Below, one piece after another: positions 1 to 14,800 of a stretch of 64,000 nt of DNA (the stretch's first letter is position 1; each line of letters opens with the position of its first letter). Source of the stretch: Cirrosporium novae-zelandiae. Its lineage: Eukaryota. The position numbers were made by a program, and so were the translations under genes. The stretch covers positions 496,001-560,000 of the forward strand of contig JAPETS010000019.1 of the NCBI GenBank assembly GCA_026023565.1, in the 5' to 3' direction. The notes beneath the pieces are model-generated. The model had not been told where the DNA came from. It saw only the letters and a list, made by a program, of their open reading frames with translations, and did no database searches.

Positions 1-1269
1 CCTGGTTATGATCCTTTATTATCACCGGATATCCATTGTGCGGTACTGCAGCACTGCATCAGGCGAACTATGGGATTGTCAAGTTTTATCGAGGATGCTG
101 ACAGCCAGGATCAACGAAGAACCTCTGGAGTTGAGGTACTAAGCTTTATGGGATACATCTTTAGGGCATACAGAAAGGTAGAAATCTGACAACTAAAATT
201 GGTCATGTTTCGAGGCATGACAGTTTGGGCCATATATTTTCAAGAATTATTGGTCCTTATAGGTAATGGAGTTGAGATATTTCTTATCCTGGCATATTCA
301 AGTCCGACTCGTGCAACATAAGAGTAGCACAAGAATATATGACTATTAATTAACTGGGTGAGAATGAGGTATTTCAGGCCGACAAGCTGATAAGGCTGGA
401 AGCCGACATGTGGAGGCCTGACCTAGAGAGATGGAACATTGGAATAAACGCGGCGTTTTTTTGTGAGAGACACACACCTCGATATGGGAATATCACGCTA
501 AATATACAAACATGCAAGTATTGAATTGCTGCTGGGAGTCCCTTCGAAAGTAGTCTAGAGGATTTTGTTGAGATGGCTGTGAGAGATTTGACATGTGACT
601 GTAAAATGCAGAGCTTACGGAGAAGAGGAAAGGTCTCCTGTTGGTGCGGAGGTCCGTTATTCCCCGCTGCTCACTACCCTCCACGCGAGTCCCGAAATAG
701 GCGGGACTCACAAATTCCTTTTTTTTTATTCTTTTTCCTGGGGATACCTTTAAATATTATTGAAAAGCCGAGGGTGAGTCGCCTGTTTGAATAATTTCCT
801 AATGCCGTGAAGACATTTAAATATACGACTCACCTTCGACCCCCGAAAAATCATTTTTGAGCAAAGTATAGAATTATTGTGTTGTTGTCTCTCCTGTTAA
901 TTGTAATTGTAGAATTAATTTTGAGCACAGAATTTTTTTGGGAATATATAACTAGTACCTCTTCCTCTACAAATCTGCATCCTTTTTGCATCACGCTTTT
1001 AATCCCCAATGCAAATAGTGAAGATCCAAGTTTGTGAGGCCTGCGACCAGCGTGGTCCGTTATTCCCCGCTACTCACTACCCCTCCCCCGCCAAAATTCT
1101 CAAACCGCACAGCTAGAAAAATTGTATATATAGTTCAGACCAATTCATATCCTTTTATGCCTTTTCTGATCATTAATTCTGTCTTTCTTTCAATTCACTG
1201 CCTCAACCCCCCAAAGACGCCTTAAACCTACCTTGACTTTTGTCCTGATCTTCCCTGCTTTCTGCAACG

Positions 1270-3232
1270 ATGGGCAACAACTACGATGAATGGTCGAGCC
1301 CCTTTAGCTCTCGCTATGCTAGTTAGTATAACAATCCACCACATAGGCATTGACTCATATTTGTTTGTTTGTTTGTTCAGGCAAGGAGATGAAAGAGCTT
1401 TTCTCACCTCGAACTCGGGCTTCAACCTGGCGACAGTTATGGATATGGCTAGCTGAAGCCGAAAAGGAATTGGGCCTTGATATAACGAATGAGGCAATTG
1501 CTCAAATGAAAGAACATGTCAAAATGACGGATGAAGATTTTCAAATTGCTGCAGTTGAAGAAAAACGACGGAGACACGATGTCATGGCTCATGTTCATGC
1601 CTTTGGTCTGGCTGCTCCAGCAGCAGCTGGGATTATCCATCTGGGGTGCACCTCCAAATCCTTTCGTCTATCCATAACGCACTTGCTGATAAACCCTTTT
1701 CTCCAGAGCAACGAGTTGCTACGTTACAGATAATGCCGACTTAATCTTCTTAAGGGATGGACTTGATATTCTTCTTCCTAAGCTTGCATCTGCTATCCAG
1801 AAGCTCAGTGACTTTGCATACGAGCATCGACATCTTCCCTGCCTTGCATATACACATGGACAGCCTGCACAACCTACTACTGTGTATGTTTATGCTTAAT
1901 CCTGCGATATTCGTGGAATATATCACCATGATTAGATCGTCTAATTCTCTCCAGTGGAAAACGAACCTGTCTTTGGATTCAAGATCTTCTCATGGACCTT
2001 CGTAACCTGGAAAGGGCACGTAAAAACATACGTTTCCGAGGGGTAAAGGGAACCACTGGTAGCCAAGCCTCGTTTTTTGCATTGTTCAAAGGCGATCATT
2101 ACAAGGTATTCAACGTCATCCTAAGCAGAATGAAAACAACGCCCCGACTAAACAAAACTAGGTCGAAGAACTTGATGAGCTGGTAACGAAAAAGGCAGGT
2201 TTCAAGCAAGCTTATACAATTAGTTGCCAGACATATCCCAGAAAATTGGATTTGGAGATAGCACAGCCTTTGGCAGGTTTTGGTGCAACCTGCCAACATA
2301 TTGGTAGTAATATCCGGTTGGTACCCCTTTTCTAATTCAAAAGTATCTGTTAACCTGAGCTGTAAAGTCATCTCGCTATGTTTAAGGAAATGGAGGAGCC
2401 TTTTGAGAAGGATCAGATTGGTGGGTTTGAAATTCCATCCAATAACGGTCAAAACAGAATAAACAGTTAACAAAGAGTAGGGTCTTCGGCAATGGCCTAT
2501 AAAAGAAACCCCATGAGATCAGAGCGATTGTGTTCTATAGGCCGGTATCTGGCCAACGTAGAAAAGGATTTTTCTGATAGTAAGTTTATTCTTAGTATAT
2601 TCTTTACAGAAACTTACAACGGCTTTAGCATATGTCGGGCAATGGTTCGAGAGAACGCTGGATGACAGTAAGATATCTCTACACTAATGCAAATCAGGAG
2701 CAGCACTGAAAACTTCTAGGCGCCATACGGCGAATCGACATTCCTGGGATGTTTTTAGCAGCTGATTCAATGCTTATTTTGTTGAATAATATTAGCTCAG
2801 GCCTTGTCGTGTACCCTGCGGTAATCCAAGCCAGACTCCAGCAAGAATTACCATTTATGGTAACGGAAAACATCATTATGAGGATGGTCGAGCTAGGAGG
2901 CGACCGTCAAGAGATTCACGAACAAATTAGGGTCCTCAGCCATGAAGCAGGAGCCGAGGTCAAACAGAAAGGCAAACCAAATGATCTAATTGAACGTATT
3001 GAACAGACACCGGTATGTGGCGCTCCAGATGTTTAAATAATAAGACTTACATGAATATGTCTAGTTTTTCTCACCTATTGTTAAAGAGCTCGATGCGCTT
3101 CTAGACCCCAAGACATTTATTGGGCGAGCGCCACAGCAAACGGAAAAGTTCCTTGGGATCGATGGAGAGGTTCAGATTGCGCTCAAGAAATATGCAAACT
3201 TGAGGGAGTATAATGCAGATCTGAAAGTCTAG
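1270..3232 (+). CDS. ADE13: Adenylosuccinate lyase (multi-exon)
   Basis: Spliced translation [17 protein letters not shown]...[19 protein letters not shown]...[11 protein letters not shown]...[14 protein letters not shown]...[14 protein letters not shown]...[11 protein letters not shown] (lyase signature loop, ~2480)...ENIIM...[20 protein letters not shown] introns; stop TAG 3230-3232. Confidence 0.95.
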
Positions 3233-3353
3233 ATAGGGAGGAAGTTAAAAGGATGATAAGATACCCAAAATATCATATTTCGAAAATCAACGTAAATAGC
3301 ATTTGGAAATAAGAATGCATTTCTGCCTTAACCAAGCAATTCGATTATTTTGA

Positions 3354-4143
3354 TTAAGCCATAAGCTCGCCATCTAGGGTATCCCATATCTCCTTAATCT
3401 CCTGTGAACTCCACGACTTTTTTGATTCTATCTGGCCATTTTTTTCCAACTCATTAACTGAGGCTTTCATTGCTGCTAGACCCTCTAGAGTAGATTCCAC
3501 TTTCGCTTTTATTTCCCTAAGCTCTTTTGTCTCCTCTCTCTTGCGATCCAGCTCTTCTTCCATGATATTTATCAACGACTCTCGCGCCTGGTGTGGTCGA
3601 TAGACATTGATGAGATGGTGGAGATTAATAAAGATGTGTCGGATGTCCTCGAGCTTAGGTCCATATTGATCGGCACAAGTTGAGAGAATCCCAATCAGCT
3701 CAAGGAAGTTGAGGAGCAGCGAGCGGATGAGCTTTCGGAGGTAGAAAGCATGGTTGAATTCGGGAGAGGGAGTAGAAGGAGGGGATGGATAAAGCTGCGG
3801 TACATCTTGGTCTTTAAGACTAGGAATGGCTTGATTAAGCTAGATATTTGAGGTGATTAGTTTTCTTCTAGGTATGGACATGAACTTATTAGCTCACACT
3901 GTAATGATCGCCAAAGCTCATATAGTCGCCCGAACTAGGCGGTTCTGGGGGAATAAGAAGACGCAACTCTGACGGAAGGTCAAGAACACGCAGAGCCCTC
4001 CATCTTTCAAGTTCATCTTTGCTCTCAATCTGGTTACTCTTCTGGATATCGTCTAGTCGATTGATATTATCTTCTGTAAAGCTCTGGTAAAAGGGCGGGG
4101 GGTCAGGGAATGAAGTGCTCACGGCACCCTGCTGTTCGTCCAT
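3354..4143 (-). CDS. MED7: Mediator subunit Med7 (2 exons, intron ~3840-3897)
   Basis: N-terminal FPDPPPFY, then LYP...LRKLIRSLLLNFLELIGIL...IFINLHHLINVYRPHQARESLI, typical of Med7. Confidence 0.92.
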
Positions 4144-4532
4144 TGCTAGGAGAATTAACGACTGAGTTATGATAGGCCACTATTCGGATTCAAATAAAAT
4201 ATTCACAAATCGAGATTCTATTGCCCCGCGCAATAAGCATTCAATACTTATACAAATGCAAGCTCGATCTAAAGAGTAGTATTGAAAGCGCCCAAGTTTC
4301 GAACTCTACAGCAACTGAAATTCAAAGCGGAAGCTTGATTCTCCGAAGAGCTTCTCGTAGGGCTGATGATTTCATGCATCGCAGACTTTCCTAAAGAGTA
4401 TACATATTCCTTACACCTTCGAACTTTTCTTACCAAGGTTAATGGTACTCGCGACGAGTTCATTAATGCATTTTGGTTTTTAATTCCCTTTGCTCTTTTC
4501 AAATGCTCTTACATGTGTTTTTTTAAGCCGCC

Positions 4533-5934
4533 ATGCCCCGATCCTCCCCTTTAGGCACTCGCAATGGCTCCAGATCCCCAGTCTACCAGCCTGGCGTGCT
4601 TGGGGCCATTGCTCGCTTTTGGCAGGTAAATACATGCCTCGAAACTTCTCTAACATACGTGATGGCTATTGTGTAAAATTGAGCTTGCATGGTTGAGGAA
4701 GACTGAAAGGTCCATACAGCCAACATACCACATGAAGCTTGCAATAGCCATATCTCTAAAGGTCTGGAATCTACTGCTGACTCGAATACAGAGATCATAC
4801 GCTCCTGATTATATTGGTCTGGTAACTCTGTTTATTTCTTATATGCTAGTTCGTGCATCATTACCCTTTATAGGAGCTCATACTAACATTATCAGATTAA
4901 ATATTTTCTCGAGCCCTTTCATCGCATGTTTTCCCTTGATAACCTCGCCATTCAATATCCTCATGCCCTCGTCGAACGTGTATCTTCAGGTTAGTTTCCT
5001 GTCCACCGTTTTGCCCACATCGCTGATCAACTTAGCTTGGAATGTTTTCTACTCCGGCTGCATCCCTTTGGTGATACTTATTCTTTGGGCATTAATATTC
5101 CGACCGGGATTTCATAAAGGCCATGTCACCATCCTTGGCTTTCTTATTAGCCTATTTCTTACAACCTTCTTGACCGATGTCATCAAGAATGCGGTCGGAC
5201 GGCCGCGGCCTGATTTGCTTGCCCGGTGCAAGCCAGCGCCTGGAACTCCTGCACACTCTCTTGTGACCTTTAAGATCTGCACTGAAACGGATTCTGAAAC
5301 ACTCCATGATGGATGGAGGAGCTTTCCCAGCGGCCATAGCAGCTTCGCTTTTAGCGGACTTGGATATTTTGCCTTGTAAGTAGCCATACTCATTTGGAGG
5401 GTTATAGAATATCTAGTCTCTTTTGGATTTCATATTTGGGAATTGTATCAAAGACGAAGTCATTGTTCCCATATTATTTAAGTGGTTACTTGTGTTTTAT
5501 GACAGAAATGACTGACTAGACCTAGTTTTCTCGCTGGGCAAATGCGAGTCTTACGCCCAGGGACCGACCTTGGAAGATTTCTTATTGCTCTTGCACCACT
5601 CCTTTGCGCTGCACTGATAGCAATATCCCGATGTGAGGATTATAGACATGATGTTTATGATGTAACTTGTGGATCTCTCCTTGGCATATTAGTCGCACAC
5701 TTTTCGTACCGAAGATATTACCCGCCGGTAAGGTCCAGGTATTGTGATACGCCATACCCCAGTCGGTCAGACGTCGCAGGTGGATTTCAGAAGTTGAAAG
5801 ATGATGAGGAGGCACGAATTGATAGTGCGCGAGACTTTGAGATTGAAGATTTGGAAGATGATATCAGGGAAACCCTCCCACTCCGTGAGAGCAGCAGAGA
5901 TCGCAGGCAAGTGTTGGATCGTAACTTACGATAA
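4533..5934 (+). CDS. PAP2-family lipid phosphate / diacylglycerol pyrophosphate phosphatase (Dpp1/Lpp1-like, multi-exon)
   Basis: Three PAP2 motifs: KNAVGRPRP, SFPSGH, SRCEDYRHDVYDV; hydrophobic segments; probable ATG at 4533 (MPRSSP...ARFWQ/RSYAPDY). Confidence 0.9.
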
Positions 5935-6786
5935 AGAATTGGAGAAAGCCGAGTTTCCTCTTGTATTTCTGTATTCATAGGAGATTGGAGAACCTTACAA
6001 CCCAAATATACCTCTTTCTACTTAGACAAAAACCAATTGTCTTTTTGAAAAGAGTGAATTCCTACTCAAATTAGAAGGATTTAATTGTAATTTGTCGCTG
6101 GCACAAGTACGTAAATGTATGGCTATCCTTTAGATGTAGATGTACCATGGATGACCCACAACTTATACATGCTACCCTGTTGTTTGCTGGATGGTATGAA
6201 ATTCCATTGGTTAGTTGAATGGACCATGAATCCATATCAAACTGGAGCGCGGTTACAGCTAGCATGCAGCAGACATAAGCGGTACACTCAGATTCCCGAG
6301 GGTTGCCCAGTAGAATTCTTAGCAAAAATCATTCCGATTGAATAAAAGTTGGTGAATTCTGTAAACAAATTTTGTCCACTGGGCGGCTGACCGTTGCATG
6401 GTGGCAGGCGATGAGTGGTGATAAAGCATCCCTGATAAATGAGGCAGCCGGCTTGGTTCCTTGGTATGGCGTCAGGCGGCAGAAGGATCGTTTAAGTCTG
6501 AGAGCCAACGACGCCGAGTTCCTTCAGAGCTTCATTTAATGGACATTGCATCTCGAACCACCTTTTCTCTCCGTATATATCAATCACACAATATCGCCCT
6601 CCTTGCCATTCCATCATGAGTTCTGAATCGAAGCGTCACCTGCAGAAGCGATGATGCGGTATTAAATACGAAACCACAGGAAATTGACATCCGGGAAAAC
6701 CATTTCAATGTTTGCAAGCGGGCCTTCTACAACAAAAAATCGTCTCTAATATAACGTCAGGCCTTGCACGGCAGGAACAGTTCAAC

Positions 6787-8757
6787 ATGGAGGAACATAG
6801 TTTGGAAAGAGTGATGCGAACCCCAACACGATCTTCGAAATCCCGTTCCATGTCCGACACACCAAAACCGACCTTATCCCCCTCTCCTGCTTTCCTCGAA
6901 TCTGCACGAGGCTCCAAAGATGACATTGGAATTTCGACATTGTCCGTTCTGACGACTCCAAAGAAACAGGAATTCCCCTTTAAAGGTCTTTCATTGCAAA
7001 TGCCAAATCGCGACGTTAACGTGACGACACCCACCTCAGCTAGTCTGAGCACTGTTGGTCCATTATCCCCAAAGGTGGATGTAACTAGTCCATACGGCTC
7101 TCCAGCCTCAGTCCTTCCGCGACATTCAAGGGGATTGGATTTTTCTCGTGCGTGCACAAATCTCCATCATTCGACTTTGGCCGACCAATCCTCCCCGGAA
7201 TCCTCACCAGTATTGTCCGGGCGTGGCATGTCGATACCAAAACGTAAGAGCATGTCTAGTATTCTAGGCGCAATAGATCCCGTAGGTATTAGCGGCCATC
7301 CGCTCTGGTCGGCACATCCTAATGTTGAGAGGACGGGCTTTAGCTCTTCGGTTGGTAGTATCACCATGCTCGACAGCGACTCCACAACCACCGATTCAAG
7401 TGAAGATGAACCGATGGACCAAACTGACAACGATGATCCTATGCTTTCTACACCTCAAGCAATGCGACGGGGCAACCGTTCTCAGAACCCATTTTTAACT
7501 GGATCTGGCCTACAAAGCCCCGGGAATTACTGGTTGGGGGGAACAAATTCACCTGCACCTTCGAGTTTCCTTACTTTACGCGCACGACTCCATCATCGGC
7601 AAAGTCGCAAGAGTTCGAGTAGTGCCAGCGGGAGTGGCCATAGCTCCATGCATAGTCCGGCTCCATTATCGCCAACTGCTCTAAAGGGCCTTGACAACTC
7701 TAGCGGATACTTTGGTCGGGAAGCCAACAAGAAGGGGTTTGAATCACGAAGAGAAAGTCTTAGTCTCGGTGCCAACGATATGAATCTCTCTGATGGAGAA
7801 GGAAGCGATGGTAGCCCTTCTCTCCTACCCAGTCGTGGCTCTGGTTTGGGTGTCACAATTGGTTCTGTGGGTGCCGAAGAACGAAGAGGTGTAATTAGGC
7901 GAGCTGTCACTAGGAGAACAAATATGATGGTACCCACCCCTCTACTGTCTGTGTACATGTACATTCTAACATTTCCGTAGCCAAAGAGCAAGGGCTTTAC
8001 CCGTATACAAGCACAACTTATAGAGGAAAGTGCACCTATTGAATACGAAGCCAAGAGAGAAGCCGAGGTTATCCATCAGGTTTTAGAGAGCGATAGACCT
8101 GAGGACAAAGCACGACATCCATCCTTACCTACCACGGCTGGCTCATCCCCGACTCTTCTTCCAGGTCTACCCTTACAGGAATCGCTCGAAGACATACCAG
8201 AAGATGACATGGTTTCCAATGCTAGCGGAAGGGAGCGAAGACAATCATCGGCCTTTTCACACCAAGCCATGAAGAATTCTGGTGGTAGAGAGTTTTGGGA
8301 TTCGATGGAGGAGAACATGCGAACTCCACCCCCAGCATCATTTGGCCGAGGAAGTTCGGTGGGAACCAGTGAAGATGTTAATATGGACACTCCTCCTACA
8401 GCACGTGCATTCCATCAATTACACAGTACTTCCCGGTCTCGCTCATCTACCCCTCAACCTCTCGTTCAGCCTACGCCGTCTGGTATAACTACAGCCGTCA
8501 GAAAGAGAAGACGTGAAGATGATTTTGATATCGAAACATTCAAACGGCGTGCTGTCTCTCCTGGAATGAGTCTCCAAAATAGCCCTGTGCTTCCGCAATC
8601 ACCGGCTGCGAGAGAAGGATCGATTTGGTGGGGGAAGAATGGTGATCGTCATAACAACAACACCGGACTTACAGGCACCATTGGAACCCCCAAGCGAGTG
8701 GGATTGCAAGGTATGAATGACACTAATGACGGGCTGATGAACATGAGTATCGAGTAA
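6787..8757 (+). CDS. Ser/Pro-rich, largely disordered hypothetical protein (intron ~7930-7980)
   Basis: Two long ORFs (6712-7980 and the frame ending at 8757) joined by a GT...CTAAC...TAG intron; blocks such as RGLDFSRACT and FKRRAVSPG look conserved. Start codon uncertain. Confidence 0.75.
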
Positions 8758-9166
8758 GCAATTGGGTTTCATAGGATTTACTTGGCTATGGACCATGGAA
8801 CTGGAGGCGTTGGCATGAACGGAGAAGGAATTATCTAGGCCCTTTTTCTGTAGTGGTTATTGATCTGATCTGATAACGATCTGTATAAAATAGAAGGCAC
8901 CAAAATCAATGATATATAATTGTGTTTAAATGGCGTAAATCTGTCCCAATGATTAGACTATCTGTATGGAGGGCACGAAGGGCATGAATCCCCCTCAGAT
9001 TGGCGATAGTCGATATCGGTCAAATCGTGGCATCCCCGCCGATTTGAAGACACAACTCATCCCTCTTGCTGCCCTCAGTAAACACCCCACAACCAAACAT
9101 TGATCCATCATACAGAGTGCTTCTTATTACCATTTTTCTTCCCTTGTCGACGTCTCCAAGTCAGTC

Positions 9167-10441
9167 ATGTCTTCGACTGCCCAGACAGCTTCAGCGTTCA
9201 TCGAGGGTGCTCCTCCTGGAGAAGTAAGTTGAAATGTCCAACCGTTGGGCTCCTCCACTAAGTACCAATGCCATTTCTAGTTATCAGATGTAATAGCAGG
9301 TATACTTCCTGAAACCGCCATTTAGAACCCCCGAATTCACACTGCGCGTAGACATCAAGGCCTTGACCATTAAGGAACCTAACGTCCTTTCGTCTCTCGG
9401 CCCCGCTTTCAAAAAATATCATGAAGAGCAATTCACAGCAGTGAAGTTGCCTGGAGGGAGTCAACAGGTTAGGATGAAGAATAATAGAGAGAATTCACTA
9501 GAAACGGGATTAAGGGTTCTACCTAGGTTATCATCAGCTCCCATAACGAAATCGAGGAGGGCAGATACTATGACATCGAGAGCCAAAGCTCTTTTAGCTA
9601 CGACCACACCACGCAGGTAGGTAAAAATTGAAGGATAGCTCCAGTTAAATGTAGGGGAGGCTAATTCATGCAATATCTAGGAAGCGTCCGCCGTTCAGTC
9701 ATACAACTTGGAATCACAGCATTCTGATCTCGTGTACGGAAAACATCCTATCCCAGGTCTATTCGGGCAATTGACTAAGACATGGAAAATCACAGGAAAT
9801 CAATACTCAAATCCCTTTCCTCCCATGCGAAAGAACATTATCCTTCTCCTTCAACTTCCTATGGTGTCTATCCCATAGAGAATGACTCCGCTATCGCCAT
9901 ACTCACCGTCGCTAGCAAATATAGCCCGAACAATTTTTGGTAGTCCCCACTCCCCTAGATTGTACTATACCATATCTTCCATTCCCACCCCTACTAACCC
10001 ATCCAAAACACAGGAACGGCCGCTGGCGTTCTCTATACATCTACTCCCCCTCCAGCAACTCCCTCAAAGGCTCCATCCGCGTCGACGTCCACTACTACGA
10101 AGACGGCAATGTCCGTCTCCTAACCGAAAAACCACTCTCATCCTCCGTCTCATCTGGCTCCGCACCGGATATAGTGCGCCAAATCGCACAAGGAGAAAAA
10201 AAATATCAAGAAGATCTTAACCGGGCATTTGGACAGCTGAGCGAGGGCGCATTTAAGGGATTGCGGAGACAGCTGCCTGTCACTAGACAAAAAATTGAAT
10301 GGGAGAAAATTAGTAGTTATCGGGTATGTCCTTATTCCTATTCTTATTTTTCATGTTTTTTTTTTTTGAATTGGAAGAGGTAATACTAATATAATCGCGT
10401 TATAGCTGGGCCAGGACATTGGCGGCGGGAGATCGAGGTAG
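9167..10441 (+). CDS. CAP1: F-actin capping protein alpha subunit (multi-exon)
   Basis: ASAFIEGAPPGE, YSPNNF/WNGRWRS, IRVDVHYYEDGNVRL, AFKGLRRQLPVTRQKIEW, terminal LGQDIGGGRSR*. Confidence 0.93.
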
Positions 10442-11824
10442 AAGGACGGGGGGACTGGGGGGGGTGGTTGGTTACCTACAATCGAATACAAGCAGTTACC
10501 ACAGCCATGAGGCCATAAAATACTCAACCAATAAATAAATACCCAGGGATCTATTATATTATAATCCTTCGTTGGACTCACTCACTCTATTCCTATAATT
10601 CATCAGAATCAAAGACCAACCAGGTCCCATCATCCCATATCTATATACACATATCCATAACTGGTTTTTTTTACCTTCCCCCCAAAAACACTTTTACTAT
10701 CTCTCTACCCCATACTAAGATTCTTAGATATGTATGTATGCCCAAAGTCCCACTCTGCCAGAGAGAGAGAGCCATCCCCCCCCTCCCCTTGGCCCCTCGC
10801 GTTCTAACAAACCCCATTTCTACCATTCCTATTCTGCATACCGGAGTCCAAGCGTAACTACAGTACAGTACGTCGAAATGCAATGGACGAACGGTATGAG
10901 TGTTTTTTTTTTTATAAAAAAAAAATAACATTTGAAATAAGGTAAAGTGTTGCAATTGTAGGGCCTTGTTTAGTCGTGGGAGAGAGAGGGATATATCTAT
11001 ACGGCGAGCGGTCCAAGGGTAAAACCAAAAAATTACTATTTGTTGGTTGTGGATACCTTAGTCTACCTATTATACATAGTATATGAAATGGGTAGTCTAT
11101 CTCACCCTTCTGGATATCCTCCACCCATATAGTGAAATAACGAAGTAATAAAAACACCCATAACCCATACCCCTCAAAACATACAGTTATACAGTACAAG
11201 TACATTATATTGTTTGTTCTCTAAGGTAATATTAATCGTTCAAAAACATTATTGGTATCCGTTTGGGAGCATAGATTTGTCTTGATATTTGTCGCCGGGG
11301 GGGGTATAATGATAAAATGTACTATGATATAAATATGGTATATGATTAATCCGGCAGAGAAGGTAGTGTGTGTGTGTGTGTGGGTGGGAGTGATGTGACG
11401 TGACGCGACCGCGATGCGATGCGACGTGACGATCAAAACCAGCAAAAGAAACCCCTCAAACCCTCTTTGTTTTTTTTTATAAGAGTTGGTATTTCCTCTC
11501 CCTGCCTCCCTTCCAAAACCCCAGAACCCAATTCCTTTGTGTTCCCCCGTCTTAATGAGTGCAACTTGCATCAGAGGTCATTCATCAAACATCGGGAATC
11601 AAACTCCAGCATACATAGACAGGCCAGGGTCTGACGAAAGAATATTGCCCCCGTTGTTCCTTTCGATTCTCACAAGATGCTCACATGCTATGCACAATGA
11701 TTCCATCAGATCCCACATAAAACCCATGGCCTCTTCCCAAACACCAGCACCACTTGAAGTGTGGTGCTCCCCAAAACACCACGGCTGGCTAATCCATTCA
11801 GTTCAAAGATCAAGCATCTATACG

Positions 11825-14800
11825 CTACCGTGCCGGAGCCCTTGTGTAGAAAACGATATAAGCTTCTTCGTTTTGCAACCTCTGATCTGGGCGTAGTTTA
11901 TGTGGATCAAAATCAGTATATCGATCATCGTCAAACTTACGCCAGCAGCCACGTGCGCCATCTTTGACAAGAGCGATATAATGACCACCATTACCAGAAC
12001 GCCCCAGATGCCGCATCACCGCATAAGCATCGTACGTGAAGGGAGCAGTTGTTGCAGGATCGACCTTGTTTATGCCGTTTAAGAATTCTAGTCTTTGTGC
12101 CACCTCGGGGGTTGGTGGGGGAAGCATAAAGGGCCCAAGATTTAATCCATACAAAGGAAATTCGATCGGAGTATGTACTTTTCGAGCAGCCTCTGTTTTG
12201 GATGCGGAAAATCGCTTAAAGTGGACAACAAGAAACTCCGGGGCTCTCGTAAGGGTGATTTTCTTATATGCTTCTCGCTCGCATTTGCAGTTGGGGCATT
12301 TCCATACTTCGTCTCCGCTGAGCATCTCTTCTTTTGTATAACTATTTAGACATTGGTAGATATCCCCTACACCTGAGCGAGGGATTTCAACACTGATTGA
12401 GTAGAAGGCTTCGTAGGTTGTGGATGTCCAGTTACATGTGGTACAGCGTAGACGACTTGCGTGCTGGCCAGCAAAGAGACTTGAGATGAGTGAGTGTTCT
12501 CGATGTGAATATCGATCCCATTCATTTTTTGACACAACATGCATAGGCATTCGCTCTCGAATCAATTCTTCTTTGGTCGACAAGGGTTTAAGTGGTGTCC
12601 TCTCCCAATTTACATTCAAGTCCTCATGTAAGCAATCCACCAAGAAATCAAAAAACTCTTTAGCGTCTTGCTGTCGATCAATTCCCCATTCACGATTAAG
12701 ACGCCCGCAGAATTTTCGGAACGTGGTGGGTCGGATGGCTTGGCAGTCTTCCTGCCATAGATTTCGAATCAAATTCGCATAAATCTGAGGCATGACGCCC
12801 TGCGACCCCTTCCAATTCCTCTGAACGAATTCTACCCATCGATTGTCTAAGAAGAACTTGCTGAGAACAACGGTGGCGTTGAGGCATTGAATTGTGGCAT
12901 TCATGTAGCATGTAACGCCATAGTTGACTAGGCCAGTTCGAGGTAATTTTAACCGCTGTAGCATAGAAGCAGAACTATAGAGGGGAGGACGCGATGCTGA
13001 GGCTTGGCGTGCTAATGGAACCGTGTAGGACTGACCCCGCTCCGAGACGCCACTGTAGCTTGGACGAGACAATGCAGGCGGTGGTCGGGAGGGCTCATGG
13101 GATAATGGTGGAACAGATTCGAAAGCGGAAGGAGGGACTGAGGGAATACTTGGCATAACCATGGACTCTTGGATAGAAGAGGGTTCAGGAAATCGGCGGA
13201 GAAAGTCTTCGTAGCTATGAATAAAAGGAGATGGTGGTTCTTCTTCGTAGGACTCCTCCTCGATGCTATCACGGTCGACAGACATTCGCTGGTAGTCGGG
13301 GGCTGCAACACCTTCCCCTTTCGCTTTCTCGAGCCACGCTCTTTCCTCATCTGCATTTAACGGTTTATACTCGCGTAATCTGCGCCTCCGAACCTCCAGG
13401 CTAGAATTCTGACTTGCCATGGACACACGTCCAATCGGCCGCCCTTTCCGTGCCACAGAGTGTCTTTGCTGCGTTGAACCGATCAAGGCGGCGGTTTGAG
13501 ATGTCGCCAAAGCTTGTGGCCCAACGAGATCTGCCCAGGCTTCCAAGCCGCCTAGTAGCATCACCGGCGCACGCTGTAATGGCTTATAGTAATTGAACTC
13601 GTATAAGGTATCGTAGATTGCTCGAAGAACTGGGGCATCATTGTCAATCGGTGACCCTCTCAGGTAATCCGTAGATCGAGTACCCTCATCATAGTACACC
13701 ACCAAATCGTATTCGTTTCTGCGCTCAAAAAGCTTCTGTTCGTTATCCGGGGATATAATAAGCCTTTCCTCAAGGTCTTCCGCAGACATGCCCGATCTTA
13801 AATCCAACGGTTCTACACATATGATAGAACTTGAAAAAATGTGGCCAGTATCAAAGTCCTGTCTACTTCGGACATCTATTAAAAGAATCCGGTATTTGCG
13901 GAGGTATTCGTAAAGCGTGTCAACTGTAATTCCATCTCCACTGGAAACCTCAGGAATCCTAGGTGTCGGTGTGGGTGTTCTGGTTTCCATGGCCCTATCC
14001 ATGGGGTTATGATTGTATCCATTACCACTCTCCCCATAAGATGAGGACGTTCGTGATATTTTCATAGGAAGTCGTCCATCGATACCATCCATTATGGAAC
14101 TATTACGTTCATGATTATCAGGTTCGAGGGGAATGATGCTCGATACATTTCGAGCTGGACTATATGTGGGGCTAGGTGCTCGAGGAAGCGATGGCAAGGC
14201 GCTACTCAAAGGAATTTTAGGGGGAGGCGGAGGGCCAGAAGAAGTTATAGGCATCTCGCGTGGGCCAATCGGACGATGTGAAGAATCACGTCCGTAAGGT
14301 AGGGGAGCATATGTCCCTGAAGTTTGAGAAGAGATACTAGATCGTGAATCAAAGGCCGAAGGCATTTCTATTCGACCGCCGTTAGTTTGGGGAGATGTAG
14401 GGTGTGGCCCTACACCTGGGTCGGAAGATCCTGCTACTCGTAAACGAGCAAATCGCTGTACTAAACTTCCGGGTGGAGGTTTTGTGGACGCATCACCCAA
14501 AGATATTAACCGTCCATGGAGATTCTTTGGTTTGGGGGAGATGACTGGTTTCATTCTTGGGGACCCTGAACTAGAACTTGGGCGCGAATCAGATTGCGAA
14601 CTTGGACGTTCAATGACAGAGTACAGTTGTCCGTTTTCATTCCCGTGTGACAATGAATCAGGACGACCATCCGGCATAGGTAATGCACTTCCATCTGGGT
14701 ATGGGGTTTGAATGGACCGCCGAGACCGATGCGGTGAGCCCATCGATTGCCGACTTGGAGAAGAAAAGGATGGTTGAACCTCGGTCTCATTGTCATCGAT

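Noticed and set aside
1..650. Coding sequence at the window start
   Set aside because: No recognisable protein motif or convincing exon structure.
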